Shown: positions 1-7,052 of the stretch, piece by piece
Numbering within the stretch: position 1 is the first letter of the stretch
Layout: each line of letters starts with the position of its first letter
Virus record (IMG/VR): IMGVR_UViG_3300024518_005076
DNA: 24,274 nucleotides
DNA from: a virus
Lineage: Duplodnaviria > Heunggongvirae > Uroviricota > Caudoviricetes
Strand: one strand, 5' to 3'
Notes under the pieces: model-generated
Databases searched by the model: none
The model's input: the letters and a program-made list of their open reading frames with translations, nothing else
Told to the model about the DNA's origin: nothing
Program-made: the position numbers and the translations under genes

Positions 1-63
1 CGACGTATCGACGGGAAGCAGATCCCGCGTGGTACGAGTTTGTACGTGTGGTTTGAGGCATAA
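1..63 (+). CDS. 3' end of a gene entering from the left (…RRIDGKQIPRGTSLYVWFEA*)
   Basis: Frame 1 is open from base 1 to TAA at 61-63 and is followed by a hairpin and an intergenic gap. Confidence 0.35.
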   Translation, partial: RRIDGKQIPRGTSLYVWFEA

Positions 64-77
64 CAATAGAATACCCC

Positions 78-102
78 GGCCCGGATTTACGGGCCATATT
101 TC
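78..102 (+). terminator. Weak terminator-like hairpin
   Basis: GGCCCG-gattta-CGGGCC (78-95) followed by ATATTTC, just after the stop at 63. The U-tract is poor. Confidence 0.25.
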
Positions 103-133
103 TAACGTGTGTGCCTACAGGGAGTTGAGAATC

Positions 134-331
134 GTGGCTACCCCAAAACGCGGGAAGACGAGGGTTGACCTGACAGGGGTAGATGGAAAATCCAAGATGG
201 ACGTCAGGTATAATCCGATCTCAGATCGGTATGATGTCCGTATCGGAAAGTGTCAGCACAACTGGTCAGCGACGGAGTTCTCTAAACACTTTCGGAAGTG
301 GCTTGTCCGGCAGAAGGTACAGCATGAGTGA
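134..331 (+). CDS. Hypothetical protein (65 aa)
   Basis: GTG at 134 preceded by AGGGAG SD, in the frame of ORF 29..331. Its stop overlaps the next ATG at 324. Confidence 0.6.
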   Translation: MATPKRGKTRVDLTGVDGKSKMDVRYNPISDRYDVRIGKCQHNWSATEFSKHFRKWLVRQKVQHE

Positions 332-566
332 TATCTGTGATCCCGTCAGAAGAAGCAAGCCTCTCCGGCTCCCGTCCGGGCCAGCCACCCTGTCTATGAT
401 TGCTGAGGGTTTGCTGGAGACCATAAATACAGTGACCGCGCCCGATGGATCGACGTGGTTTGAATGCAAGGAAGCAGCGCCAGCCTTGGCGCTCCCAGAA
501 ATACAGTCTAACTGGATGGACGAATGGATCGATGCACTGGGCACTGCTGTCGATGCTTCACTCTGA
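324..566 (+). CDS. Hypothetical protein (80 aa, MSDICDPV…)
   Basis: ATG at 324 is coupled to the upstream stop (ATGAGTGA) in the frame of ORF 183..566. Confidence 0.5.
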   Translation: MSDICDPVRRSKPLRLPSGPATLSMIAEGLLETINTVTAPDGSTWFECKEAAPALALPEIQSNWMDEWIDALGTAVDASL

Positions 567-862
567 ATATCAGCCTTGAGGGGTTGAAGCAGCTGGTCGC
601 AGAATTCCAAGAGCCGTACTCAGAAGTGGAACTGGACAACATTCAGGTTGCCCAGATGGTGATTCCGCTCAGCGGAGAGGCAGAACAGGAAGCAATCCGA
701 GTCACTGGCAGCAAGGGAACACCAGGAATTCCAAGGTTTACATGTAAGAATCTTCAGTCGGACGGCAACTGCGGAATTTACGAGTCGCGGCCTAAGATGT
801 GTCGTGACTATCCAAACACAGGGACGTGCGAATATTCAGAATGCACGAGGAGTGAAACATGA
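524..862 (+). CDS. YkgJ-family cysteine-cluster (putative Fe-S/Zn-chelating) protein
   Basis: CTGHCC at the N-terminus and the C-x-x-L-x(4)-C-x-IYESRPKMCRDYP signature. Confidence 0.8.
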   Translation: MDRCTGHCCRCFTLNISLEGLKQLVAEFQEPYSEVELDNIQVAQMVIPLSGEAEQEAIRVTGSKGTPGIPRFTCKNLQSDGNCGIYESRPKMCRDYPNTGTCEYSECTRSET

Positions 863-1320
863 GCCGTAGCGGATACGTAGATGATCTTGATATGGGGCAG
901 CTGAACCTTTACCGGGCAACAGTAGACCGAACCATCAATGGGAAACGGGGCCAAGCGTTCCTTCGAGAGATGGCCGCAGCAATGGACGCGATGACCGAGA
1001 AAGTTCTGATTGCGTCCGAGCTAATCAACGAAGATGGTGATGTTTGTGCCATTGGCTCTGCCTGCAAAGCCAGAGGGATCGACGCATCGAACATCGACTC
1101 TGAATGTCCAGATTCAGTCGGATTCCTGGTTGGAATATCTCGGACATTGGCAGCTGAAATCGAATTCATTAATGATGAGGATGGGCCGTACTATCGCAGT
1201 GAAAAGCCCGAGGACAGATGGCTTCGCGTCAGGAGGTGGGTCGGCAGTAAAATTATTGCGGAGTTGGATGCGGAACAACCTCAGAATCAACCGAGTAGTC
1301 ATACACCTCAGTCTCAGTGA
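859..1320 (+). CDS. Conserved phage hypothetical protein (MSRSGY…GKRGQAFLRE…CAIG…RWLRVRRW type)
   Basis: ATGA overlap with the previous stop. The motif pattern is one I recognise as a recurrent phage family of unknown function. Confidence 0.75.
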   Translation: MSRSGYVDDLDMGQLNLYRATVDRTINGKRGQAFLREMAAAMDAMTEKVLIASELINEDGDVCAIGSACKARGIDASNIDSECPDSVGFLVGISRTLAAEIEFINDEDGPYYRSEKPEDRWLRVRRWVGSKIIAELDAEQPQNQPSSHTPQSQ

Positions 1321-1633
1321 CCGTATCAACCACCTTCTCGACTGCGGGGTTCATCAGAGCATTGGCTGCAAATCCTAATGTTCCAGCACCCAGAGCAGTC
1401 GCAAGTACAGCGGTAACCACCGCTCCGGTGCTCGCGCCCGTCACAGTCATCGAGTTGTCGCTACATGGGTACGTGCCCACATCGTAGCCTTCGCCCAAGC
1501 CAGAATCATGGGCGATGCTCTGTCTGCGAATCTTCATCCGCTCAGACACATCCTGAAGCCATACGTTACGTAATCGATTCTTCTCCCGGAGAAATGATTC
1601 CGCTGCGTTCTTGAGGATTCCTTGATTGCTCAT
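1253..1633 (-). CDS. Single-pass membrane protein (126 aa)
   Basis: GGAG SD 6 nt upstream of ATG 1633. Ala/Gly-rich hydrophobic segment GAVVTAVLATALGAGTLGFAANALM, followed by an acidic Val/Thr-rich tail. Confidence 0.7.
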   Translation of the reverse strand: MSNQGILKNAAESFLREKNRLRNVWLQDVSERMKIRRQSIAHDSGLGEGYDVGTYPCSDNSMTVTGASTGAVVTAVLATALGAGTLGFAANALMNPAVEKVVDTVTETEVYDYSVDSEVVPHPTPQ

Positions 1634-1805
1634 CTTCATCTCCGATTCGAAAAAACTCGCGGTCCATCTGAATCATCTGATCGTCCGCCTCCTTCTGTTG
1701 ATCAAGGATTCTCAGCCCCTTGGACAGAAGTTCGATCTGCTGGCCCTTCTGGTCCAGCTCCAGAATCCTCTTGGCTTCTGCTCTATATTCTTCATCTGAC
1801 TTCAT
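1566..1805 (-). CDS. Small charged coiled-coil protein (79 aa)
   Basis: AGGA SD 7 nt upstream of ATG. Composition is helical and E/K/Q/R-rich. Overlaps the downstream gene by 68 nt. Confidence 0.6.
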   Translation of the reverse strand: MKSDEEYRAEAKRILELDQKGQQIELLSKGLRILDQQKEADDQMIQMDREFFRIGDEDEQSRNPQERSGIISPGEESIT

Positions 1806-1837
1806 GATGATATCCTGGATTTGGCTGATGAGTATAG

Positions 1838-1873
1838 AAAAACCCCTGACACCCTGAAAGGATGAAAGGGGTT
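1838..1873 (-). terminator. Intrinsic terminator-like hairpin for the minus-strand transcript
   Basis: AACCCCT (1841-1847) pairs with AGGGGTT (1867-1873), with an inner imperfect stem. On the minus strand the hairpin is followed by a U-run (…GGGGTTTTTCT). Confidence 0.55.
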
Positions 1874-1877
1874 GGTG

Positions 1878-1905
1878 CGAGGATGCACGGAGGGATTCAT
1901 CCTCG
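1878..1905. other. Intergenic inverted repeat (8-bp stem)
   Basis: CGAGGATG (1878-1885) / CATCCTCG (1898-1905) with a 12-nt loop. Confidence 0.55.
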
Positions 1906-1922
1906 ATCGCGAAGGGATGCTC

Positions 1923-2126
1923 TTATTGGGCCGGAGGTACGGCACCAATCGGACCTTCTCGGTGCATCATCTGCCGAATTGCGGCAGCCTGAACCGGATC
2001 GGTCTCAGTGTAGTTCTTCAGGTACGCTCGGTCCAGAACCGACATGAATGCGTCGGACGACTGGCTTCGGCGATCTGAGTTGCTCTGCGTGGTAGCCATC
2101 AAGAGGGCTTTCAGAAACTCGTCCAT
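1923..2126 (-). CDS. Small hypothetical protein (67 aa) coupled to the protease gene
   Basis: ATG 3 nt after the protease stop, with AAGGAA SD. Clean ORF MDEFLKALLMATTQSNS…GAVPPAQ. Confidence 0.7.
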   Translation of the reverse strand: MDEFLKALLMATTQSNSDRRSQSSDAFMSVLDRAYLKNYTETDPVQAAAIRQMMHREGPIGAVPPAQ

Positions 2127-2129
2127 GGC

Positions 2130-3275
2130 TTACTTCCTTGTATCTTGCGACTTGAATCTATCTACGTGAACATTCACTGTAGAACCAGAAGCTACGGCTT
2201 CGTGCCGCTTTATCTCTCGACCTTTTTCGTCGATGAATCGGATCGTTACAACCCCAGGTGGTCCCTGTGGTCCAACGCTTCCGTCTTTTCCGTCTCGGCC
2301 TGGGCGTCCGTCTGCTCCGTCTCTTCCTGCCAGCCCGTCAGTTCCCGGCTGGCCTTGAGGGCCTTCACTGCCATCTTTTCCGTCTTTTCCGTCCTGGCCA
2401 TTATTGCCCTTGACTGGATTCTGCAATAATGCCTCAAGCTGTGCAATACGTTTCTCGTACTTTTCCAGAAGCGATCGCACTCGTATGTGCTCAGCAGACC
2501 TTTCTCGGTCAGAGTTGATCCAGACAGGGAGATCACCCTCAATGGGAGGGGCAGGCACGTCGTTTTCTGGTGATGGCGGAAGATCTGCACGCCACCTCTC
2601 GCACCATCCGTTCCGGCAATCCTTATCCATTAGTTTCTCGTTGGCTTCCATGAATCCCATGATCTGGCCATGCTCGGCTGCCCAGATTTGCCTGTTGTCA
2701 TGTCCATGAGTACTGATGCCAGCCAATCCGGATGTTCCGGACTTCAGATTACTGATGAAGATCGGGCCTCCAGAGCTTCCGCCAGCGAACTTACCATTCC
2801 GAAGATTGAACACGTTTCTGGTATTTCTCAGAGTGTTGTGTTTCAGATTATCCTTGAACACGAGGTCTGCCCGCTGCTTTTTAACGGGAGAGCCAGCCGG
2901 ATGACTGATAGAGAGCCATGACCCCGACTGGGGCAGAGGGCTGATAACCGAGACAGGTTCCGGAACATTCTTGGATGGGAGCTTGAAAAGTGCGAGATCT
3001 CGCTTACGATCGATCGCGATCCAGGTGCCTTTCCCAACCTTGATGCCTGCCGATGCAACATCAAACGTGCCTCCCACAGACCCAGTACAGTGGGCCGCAG
3101 AAAGACCAAACGCATGTTCAGCACCTTTTGCTATAATACAGCCGCTGCATCCAACCGGCCAGATTCTAACGAGGGAAGATTCGTAGTTCGAAGTGTCGTC
3201 AGCGATGACCTTGAGAGGCTCTCTGTCCGCCAGGATGGTCATGGACAGCAGCATAGCGAGAAGTAATCGTTTCAT
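2130..3275 (-). CDS. Secreted trypsin-like serine protease with Pro-rich linker, coiled coil and collagen-like repeat (381 aa)
   Basis: AAGGAGG SD before ATG 3275. Signal peptide MKRLLLAMLLSMTILA. Chymotrypsin-clan triad motifs LSAAHC (His), RDLALF (Asp) and GGSSGGP (Ser). 17 G-X-Y triplets near the C-terminus. Confidence 0.88.
   Translation of the reverse strand: MKRLLLAMLLSMTILADREPLKVIADDTSNYESSLVRIWPVGCSGCIIAKGAEHAFGLSAAHCTGSVGGTFDVASAGIKVGKGTWIAIDRKRDLALFKLPSKNVPEPVSVISPLPQSGSWLSISHPAGSPVKKQRADLVFKDNLKHNTLRNTRNVFNLRNGKFAGGSSGGPIFISNLKSGTSGLAGISTHGHDNRQIWAAEHGQIMGFMEANEKLMDKDCRNGWCERWRADLPPSPENDVPAPPIEGDLPVWINSDRERSAEHIRVRSLLEKYEKRIAQLEALLQNPVKGNNGQDGKDGKDGSEGPQGQPGTDGLAGRDGADGRPGRDGKDGSVGPQGPPGVVTIRFIDEKGREIKRHEAVASGSTVNVHVDRFKSQDTRK
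2253..2408 (-). repeat. Collagen-like (Gly-X-Y)17 coding repeat
   Basis: GNN GQD GKD GKD GSE GPQ GQP GTD GLA GRD GAD GRP GRD GKD GSV GPQ GPP G read directly from the translation. Confidence 0.92.
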
Positions 3276-3356
3276 GTCGTCCTCCTTGTGGGGAATGGAT
3301 TCTATCGCCAACAGGGATGCAATGGAATGAGATTCAAGCCAAAAGGAGGGTTTGTC

Positions 3357-3689
3357 ATGGCGACCCCGCATCACGGGAAAGACCCGTCCAGCGAGACTCC
3401 GAACGAGGAGCTTAGGCGACAACTGAGCAATACCGAAGCTTTTCTGAGCGAATTGTCCGGGGTAAACATGAAAAATTACCCAGATGGCAGATATGATGGT
3501 TCCGATGACGGAGAACTGCACTACGCTGTAGCGGCCAGCACTCAAGAGGATGCGATCATCCTGCGATTCCCCAAGCCGGTCACTTGGATCGGATTCACGG
3601 AAGAGTCAGCAGATGCACTGACCAGCACCCTGAACGAACTTGTCGAGCACATCAAAAACAGGGGAAAGAATGGACGGAGTAACAGCTAG
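3357..3689 (+). CDS. Conserved phage hypothetical protein (110 aa)
   Basis: AAGGAGG SD before ATG 3357. Pattern YPDGR…DDGEL…A…ILRFPKPVTWIG. Confidence 0.7.
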   Translation: MATPHHGKDPSSETPNEELRRQLSNTEAFLSELSGVNMKNYPDGRYDGSDDGELHYAVAASTQEDAIILRFPKPVTWIGFTEESADALTSTLNELVEHIKNRGKNGRSNS

Positions 3690-3990
3690 GAAAGAATTTC
3701 TCGCCGAGGTCGAATCCTGTGTCTGCCAAGCCAGGAACGAGAGCTACGACGAAGCAGAGAATAACTTTGCAAGAATTGCAGATATAGCAAATGTGATGCT
3801 TGGCTCAAAATTGAACTCTCCGCTCACTCCGGTTGATGTGGCCCTCTTCTCTATGTGCATCAAGATGGGCAGATTGGCATTTAAGCCGCACCACTGGGAT
3901 TCGTGGGTTGATACAGCTGGATATGCAGCTTGTGGTGCTGGCATTATCAAGCAGATGACGGAAGGATTAGAGCAGGACTCTTCAGCATGA
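3670..3990 (+). CDS. DUF6378-like phage protein
   Basis: R..SY…ENNFARIA…LTPVDVAL…KMGR…H.DSWVDTAGYAAC matches the DUF6378 pattern. Start at ATG 3670. Confidence 0.8.
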   Translation: MDGVTARKEFLAEVESCVCQARNESYDEAENNFARIADIANVMLGSKLNSPLTPVDVALFSMCIKMGRLAFKPHHWDSWVDTAGYAACGAGIIKQMTEGLEQDSSA

Positions 3991-4193
3991 TCTGCACAAT
4001 CTGTGGAGCAGAAGCCACCGGAAGGCTCAGTCCAGATATGGACATTGAGGGGCTTAAGTACTGCAAGGATCAGGATCATCGCACGCTGGTCGAAGCTGCG
4101 TACTGTGCTTTGGTGTATGGCGATGAGGAAATGGCTCGCGACCTGTTGAAACCAAGGAAGGTGAAGAATGGATCAGGAAAAACTTCTGATTGA
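3987..4193 (+). CDS. Small CxxC-containing hypothetical protein (68 aa)
   Basis: ATGA overlap at 3987-3990. MICTICG… with a later Cys/His. Confidence 0.65.
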   Translation: MICTICGAEATGRLSPDMDIEGLKYCKDQDHRTLVEAAYCALVYGDEEMARDLLKPRKVKNGSGKTSD

Positions 4194-5454
4194 AGCCGTT
4201 ACAGCAGTCAATTCGAGCCCTTCGAAGGAAGCTGCGGCCCGCTCACTAGGCATTCCAGCATCAACCTTGAAAGACAGATACGACAAAGCAATCAAGCTAG
4301 GCCTTGGAGACGCAGAAGACAGGATTCAGATCACCGATTCGGAGGATAACGACAATCGAACAGTATGGTCTGTGGGAACGGAAGTCAGGACTGTTGACGA
4401 AGCGCTGCAGAAGGCAAACGTAGACCTGAACATATGGGAACCATACGAGTCGACCATCAATTCCTGGCCGACAGCAATGAAACTGAAAACAAAGATTGAT
4501 GGGGTCGAGAACGACTCTCCTCATCAGGTCTGGAACTGGCAGGTAAAGGTCAAACTCAGGCGGCGAGCACCCAAGGCAATCCAGGATGCGATCAAAGAGC
4601 TTGTGTCTGGTCTGTACGCCAGCCCGCTCGTTATTCCGGCCCCGACATACGCCGCGATCGACGAGCCACACATGCTTGAGCTGTCACTCTTCGATGCTCA
4701 CTTTGGCAAGATTTGCCATTCTGCAGAAGCAGGACACGATTACGATCTGAGTATCGCAGAGAGGATTTACTCTGAGGCCGGGAGAGATTTGCTCGCGAAG
4801 TGTTCTGGGTTCGATATTGACCTGATCACGATTCCGATCGGGAACGATTTCTTCCAGACTGACAACTGGGCAGGAACTACCCAGAAAGGCACCAAGGTTG
4901 GAGTGGTCGACAATCTGTTCCAGGAAGTGTTCCGTTCGGGTTGCCGGGCTGTCCAGGAACTGGTTCTGCTGTGCCGGGAAGTTGCCCCTGTAGATATCAT
5001 CTGGGTTCCTGGTAATCACGACCCATCAACAAGCTGGTACATGTCAGAGTATCTGAGAGCAGTATTCTCTGTGGACCAGAACGTGACTGTTGACAACTCA
5101 GCCAGCCCGAGGAAGTATGTCGACTACGGAGTCAACTTAATCGGATTGACTCATGGGAACGAAGAGAAGCACCGCGATCTTCCAATGATCATGGCAACTG
5201 AAGTCCCAGAGAGATTTGCCAAGGCGAAATGCCGGGAAATACATCTGGGTCACTTCCATAAAGCACGACAAACAGTTCACATGCCGCTCGATGAGCATCA
5301 GGGAGTTCGCGTCAGGGTACTCCCATCACTCAGTGGAACAGATTCGTGGCACCATATGAAGGGATACGTCAAAAACATCAGAGCAGCCGAAGCATACTTA
5401 TGGGGCCTGAATGATGGTCTCACTGGTACATTTACATCATCAGTAAAGGAATGA
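4168..5454 (+). CDS. HTH-fused calcineurin-like metallophosphoesterase
   Basis: N-terminal HTH (SKEAAARSLGIPASTLKDRY). Metallophosphoesterase motifs FDAH, GND, GNHD, HG and GHFH, in order. Confidence 0.85.
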   Translation: MDQEKLLIEAVTAVNSSPSKEAAARSLGIPASTLKDRYDKAIKLGLGDAEDRIQITDSEDNDNRTVWSVGTEVRTVDEALQKANVDLNIWEPYESTINSWPTAMKLKTKIDGVENDSPHQVWNWQVKVKLRRRAPKAIQDAIKELVSGLYASPLVIPAPTYAAIDEPHMLELSLFDAHFGKICHSAEAGHDYDLSIAERIYSEAGRDLLAKCSGFDIDLITIPIGNDFFQTDNWAGTTQKGTKVGVVDNLFQEVFRSGCRAVQELVLLCREVAPVDIIWVPGNHDPSTSWYMSEYLRAVFSVDQNVTVDNSASPRKYVDYGVNLIGLTHGNEEKHRDLPMIMATEVPERFAKAKCREIHLGHFHKARQTVHMPLDEHQGVRVRVLPSLSGTDSWHHMKGYVKNIRAAEAYLWGLNDGLTGTFTSSVKE

Positions 5455-5681
5455 TCATGAGCGAAGAAACGGTTTTAATTTCAAAGGACGGGATGAACAT
5501 CGAGCCAACCGACAACTTTACCCTGTTTCACTTCTCCAAAGAATCGTTGCAGAGCCTGTGTGGTGATATATATCTGGCTGAGCACGGTAACTGCGAGATA
5601 AGGCAAGGGATTATTTACTGCAAAGAGGAGGAAGTAGGCAGAATAAACAGCGTGTCCTCTCCGCCACAGGGCGATGAGTGA
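5451..5681 (+). CDS. Hypothetical protein (about 76 aa)
   Basis: Coupled at both ends (ATGA, GTGA). An alternative start lies at 5457. Confidence 0.6.
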   Translation: MIMSEETVLISKDGMNIEPTDNFTLFHFSKESLQSLCGDIYLAEHGNCEIRQGIIYCKEEEVGRINSVSSPPQGDE

Positions 5682-6076
5682 ACGCACGTCAGTACTACAA
5701 CTCGATCAAGAAAGACCGGGACGCATGGGCCAAATCTATGCGCCAAGGGTGCATGCTGTGCGGAAAACCAAACAAGAGACTTGACATTCATGAGATTCTG
5801 CGAAAATCACAGGCACCGAAAGCATGGGCATTCCCAGCCAACTACCTGTTGCTGGACAGGGGTTGTCATGAGAGTTCTGAAATAGCAGCGACCACTCGTG
5901 AGAACCTGATCACACAACTGGCAGTTAAGCTGATCCGAGATCCCGAAAACTACGACTTGCAAAAATGGCTCACAACAAGACATTCGAAGGCCACTCAATA
6001 CTTAAGCGAGACAGAGATCCATTCAAGAGCTTTGCTCCTGACGGCACAGAAGTTCCAGACTCAATTCAGACTCTGA
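5678..6076 (+). CDS. HNH-family endonuclease-like protein
   Basis: CMLC…DIHE…ANYLLLDRGCH is an HNH/Zn-finger pattern with the first Cys of the second pair replaced by Asp. Confidence 0.7.
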   Translation: MNARQYYNSIKKDRDAWAKSMRQGCMLCGKPNKRLDIHEILRKSQAPKAWAFPANYLLLDRGCHESSEIAATTRENLITQLAVKLIRDPENYDLQKWLTTRHSKATQYLSETEIHSRALLLTAQKFQTQFRL

Positions 6077-6096
6077 CAGAGTTCGTTGAGCATCAG

Positions 6097-6252
6097 ATGA
6101 AGCGGTACGAGATACTGTGTCGTAAGAAGGACACGCTGTTTCGGTACGCAGGAAAATCAGGCCGAAGGGCAGACTCATGGAGGAATCTTCAGGAAGAATC
6201 AGTCCTATGCCTCAGGAGCGTAAGGAGCGCACTCGATGAGCAGCTTTGTTGA
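6097..6252 (+). CDS. Small basic hypothetical protein (start uncertain; ORF extends back to 5965)
   Basis: Fills the gap between the HNH gene and the next gene. No strong SD. Confidence 0.35.
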   Translation: MKRYEILCRKKDTLFRYAGKSGRRADSWRNLQEESVLCLRSVRSALDEQLC

Positions 6253-6532
6253 AGTCGATCACGACGATCCATACTCGGCAACGAGACCTAGATCTGAATA
6301 TCAGTCGAGCATCAGAAAGACAACAGTCTCAACAGAGGCTGCGTTCAGCCTGTCTTGGCTTAAGAACCGCATTGCGATCGTGAATCTCGAAGATTCGATC
6401 CAGGCACTATGCGACATCGGGGAAACAAAGATGTCAAAGGTTCTTCAGGATAGTTGTGCGAACATAAGCGGCATCTGCGACATACTCGAAGAGATGAGTA
6501 TGGAGAAGCATGGGAAGCTGCCCGCTAGATAG
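6236..6532 (+). CDS. Hypothetical protein (98 aa)
   Basis: Last gene of the plus-strand block. Its stop overlaps the stop of the convergent PAS gene. Confidence 0.6.
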   Translation: MSSFVEVDHDDPYSATRPRSEYQSSIRKTTVSTEAAFSLSWLKNRIAIVNLEDSIQALCDIGETKMSKVLQDSCANISGICDILEEMSMEKHGKLPAR

Positions 6533-7052
6533 CCTCTCTCTTACTGAATATAGCAATCGCCAGTCTTCCTGGTATTCCCCAGATACTGATTCTCACTGGA
6601 TCGCTGTCGGAAGTCGCAGTCTTGGCGACACAGTCAACAGTTTGCTGAAACGGCTTGGCTGGTGCTCCCATGGCTGATGAAAAACTACTGCGATGCGCAT
6701 CTCTCATCCCCTGTGGGATCAAATGAGCTACCCCGTACCCGAAAACATCAGCCCTCTTGGTTCCGAAGAATTTTGAAGCGCCGTCAGACCACATTGTGAT
6801 GATCCCGTTTTCGTCAACACCGACAACCGCCGATCCTGATTGTTCTAACACATCAAACACGACCTGGGCATCGCCCTTGCTTTTTCTTAGTTCTTCGCGA
6901 AGCTCAACGACCTGCTTATAAACATCCGATGGGGGAACAGAAAGCCTCATGGATACGTTTAGTGCGAGCGCGAGCCCTAAAACCATTACGATATTCAGGA
7001 CCAGCAGAAGTGCTGTGTTTATCTTCTGTTGGTCGTTGTTGACTTCAGTCAT
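6525..7052 (-). CDS. Membrane-anchored stand-alone PAS-domain protein (175 aa)
   Basis: ATG 7052 overlaps the holin-like stop (ATGACTGA). TM helix INTALLLVLNIVMVLGLALAL, then a short coiled coil. PAS signature SAVVGVDENGIITMWSDGASKFFG…DVFGYGVAHLIPQGMRDAH. No output domain. Confidence 0.85.
   Translation of the reverse strand: MTEVNNDQQKINTALLLVLNIVMVLGLALALNVSMRLSVPPSDVYKQVVELREELRKSKGDAQVVFDVLEQSGSAVVGVDENGIITMWSDGASKFFGTKRADVFGYGVAHLIPQGMRDAHRSSFSSAMGAPAKPFQQTVDCVAKTATSDSDPVRISIWGIPGRLAIAIFSKREAI

Noticed and set aside
2253-2408. Repetitive DNA (CCGTCTTTT-type units) as a possible CRISPR array or VNTR
   Set aside because: Fully explained by collagen G-K/R-D codons; no constant repeat with unique spacers.
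3276-3545. 90-aa N-terminal extension of the protease ORF in the track (2130..3545)
   Set aside because: It overlaps the plus-strand gene at 3357, and the strong AAGGAGG SD plus signal peptide identify ATG 3275 as the start.
5678-6076. HNH gene as a packaging-associated HNH or a mobile homing endonuclease
   Set aside because: It is on the opposite strand from terL, separated by several genes, and does not interrupt another gene; there is not enough support for either role.
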